Program-made: the position numbers and the translations under genes | Shown: positions 62,493 to 64,000 of the stretch, in pieces | Numbering within the stretch: position 1 is the stretch's first letter | Layout: each line of letters opens with the position of its first letter | DNA from: Eledone cirrhosa | Lineage: Eukaryota | Length of the DNA stretch: 64,000 nt | Assembly (NCBI GenBank): GCA_964016885.1 | Contig: OZ024752.1 | Span: 7,750,001-7,814,000, forward strand | Direction of reading: 5' to 3' | Notes under the pieces: generated by a model | The model's database searches: none | Told to the model about the DNA's origin: nothing | Seen by the model: only the letters and a program-made list of their open reading frames with translations

Positions 62493-62534
<42 letters not shown>

Positions 62535-64000
62535 GTGTTTTAAGTAGAAATACAGCCAATATAATTCTATACCAAAACATTTGTTAAACCAGGAGTTAAC
62601 AATAATCTGACATTTATTGCTAAAAATACATCTTTTATTTTTTTTTCTCACTTTTTCTTATTTCAATGAATTTTAATTGTTCATGTCTTTTTTTTTTGTT
62701 AATGATTCGATGCTTTTTGGTGTTTTTTTTTTGTTCTTGTGCAACAGTTTGGAACATACACACATACACCCACATGCATATACACCATATATATATATAT
62801 ACACACACACACCCACATGCATATACACCATATATATATACACACACACCACACCGAGCTAAAGTAAATTACTGTAATAGGCCAATGTTATTTAGTTAAG
62901 GGCGCTGGATTGGCAGTATCGATAGAGAGTCGGACACCATGCTTTGCAGCATAGAGTTGCGGCCCTTTATGATGAGTTTAAATCCCGCTGAGGTTAACTT
63001 TGCCTTTCATCCTTATGGGGTTGATAAAATAAAGTACCAGTAATGTACTGGGATAATTGCTGGCCTTGTGCCTAACGTAGAAACAATTATGCAGGTATGT
63101 TGTGTTCAATGATGTAAGTAGAAATATATAAAAATTTGCCAAATAAAAACGAAACCTCAATAGTAATTGTTAATGACTCCAAGAAAAGGGACAACTATGG
63201 GTATATTCCAGTCTATTAGACCTCATCAGCTCACTATCTCTATATTATATTATAAAATTATATTTCAGCTCCCTTTCATTGTGATTCCTTTAACCATTTT
63301 GTATTTCAATTAATTAATGAATAATTTTAAGAGATTTACTAAAATTATTAATTATTGTATTACTAAAATAGTAACTTAACCCTTTAGCATTTAAACCAGC
63401 CATATCTGACCAGAATTCTCTCACCTCTTTCTGTTCAACCACCCATATCCGACCACTGATATTTAAGTTAAGGTATTGCACTCAAAATAAATAACATAAA
63501 AATCTCAGATTTGATATTATGTGAGATAATTATGTGAGGTAAAACCTTTACCATAAAAATATAATATTAAATATAGAATAATGTAAATGTTAAAGGGTTA
63601 AATATATGGTTTTCATGTAAAATTATGCTGTAAGATTTTAAATTTGAATAAGAAACTTTTAAAATATGTGACTTTGTTTCATAGAAGTAAAGGTGGTTTG
63701 GGGGATAAGAGGCTATCAAAAGGGTTAACTGACATTCACACGAGTCACTCACATATTTTCTGTTTATTTTAACCTTTAGCACTCTAGAAACTTTTATGGA
63801 TTGCCTCCCTTGATGCTGTATTATGTATTAAGGGGAGGTTACTCCAGAAGGTTAAAGGGAAAGTGTTTCTTACGGCTTATGGTTCTGTTGTTGTGACTAA
63901 CTCAAACAAGGAGGGACCCGACCTGCCTGTGCCTTCTCAATATCTTATGTAATCTAAATTCCTTTTCAATATTCTCTTGGCTACCTTTCATATTTATTCC

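Overview
AT-rich, microsatellite-dense animal genomic DNA; the repeat content suggests a coleoid cephalopod, probably an octopod (inference). Two host genes, both on the + strand: (1) the last four coding exons of coilin (C-terminal Tudor-like domain, 1351-6943), which appear only after splicing; (2) a single-exon 2398-aa C2H2 zinc-finger CDS (48838-56034, about 39 fingers) built from six copies of one five-finger cassette. The rest is decayed mobile DNA (RTE, CR1 and Tx1/L1-like LINEs, a mariner, hAT- and piggyBac-like MITEs, tRNA-derived SINEs) plus several satellites, two of which visibly grew out of MITEs. The most striking unannotated signal is roughly 20-25 short elements of several mutually dissimilar families, sitting in (TA)n tracts. 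Many are fold-back inverted repeats whose arms encode type I hammerhead ribozymes (CUGANGA...GAAA...NUH with stems I-III), several with intact cores. They are most likely non-autonomous or truncated Penelope-like pLTR derivatives. All folds, alignments and coordinates were read by eye; no searches were run.
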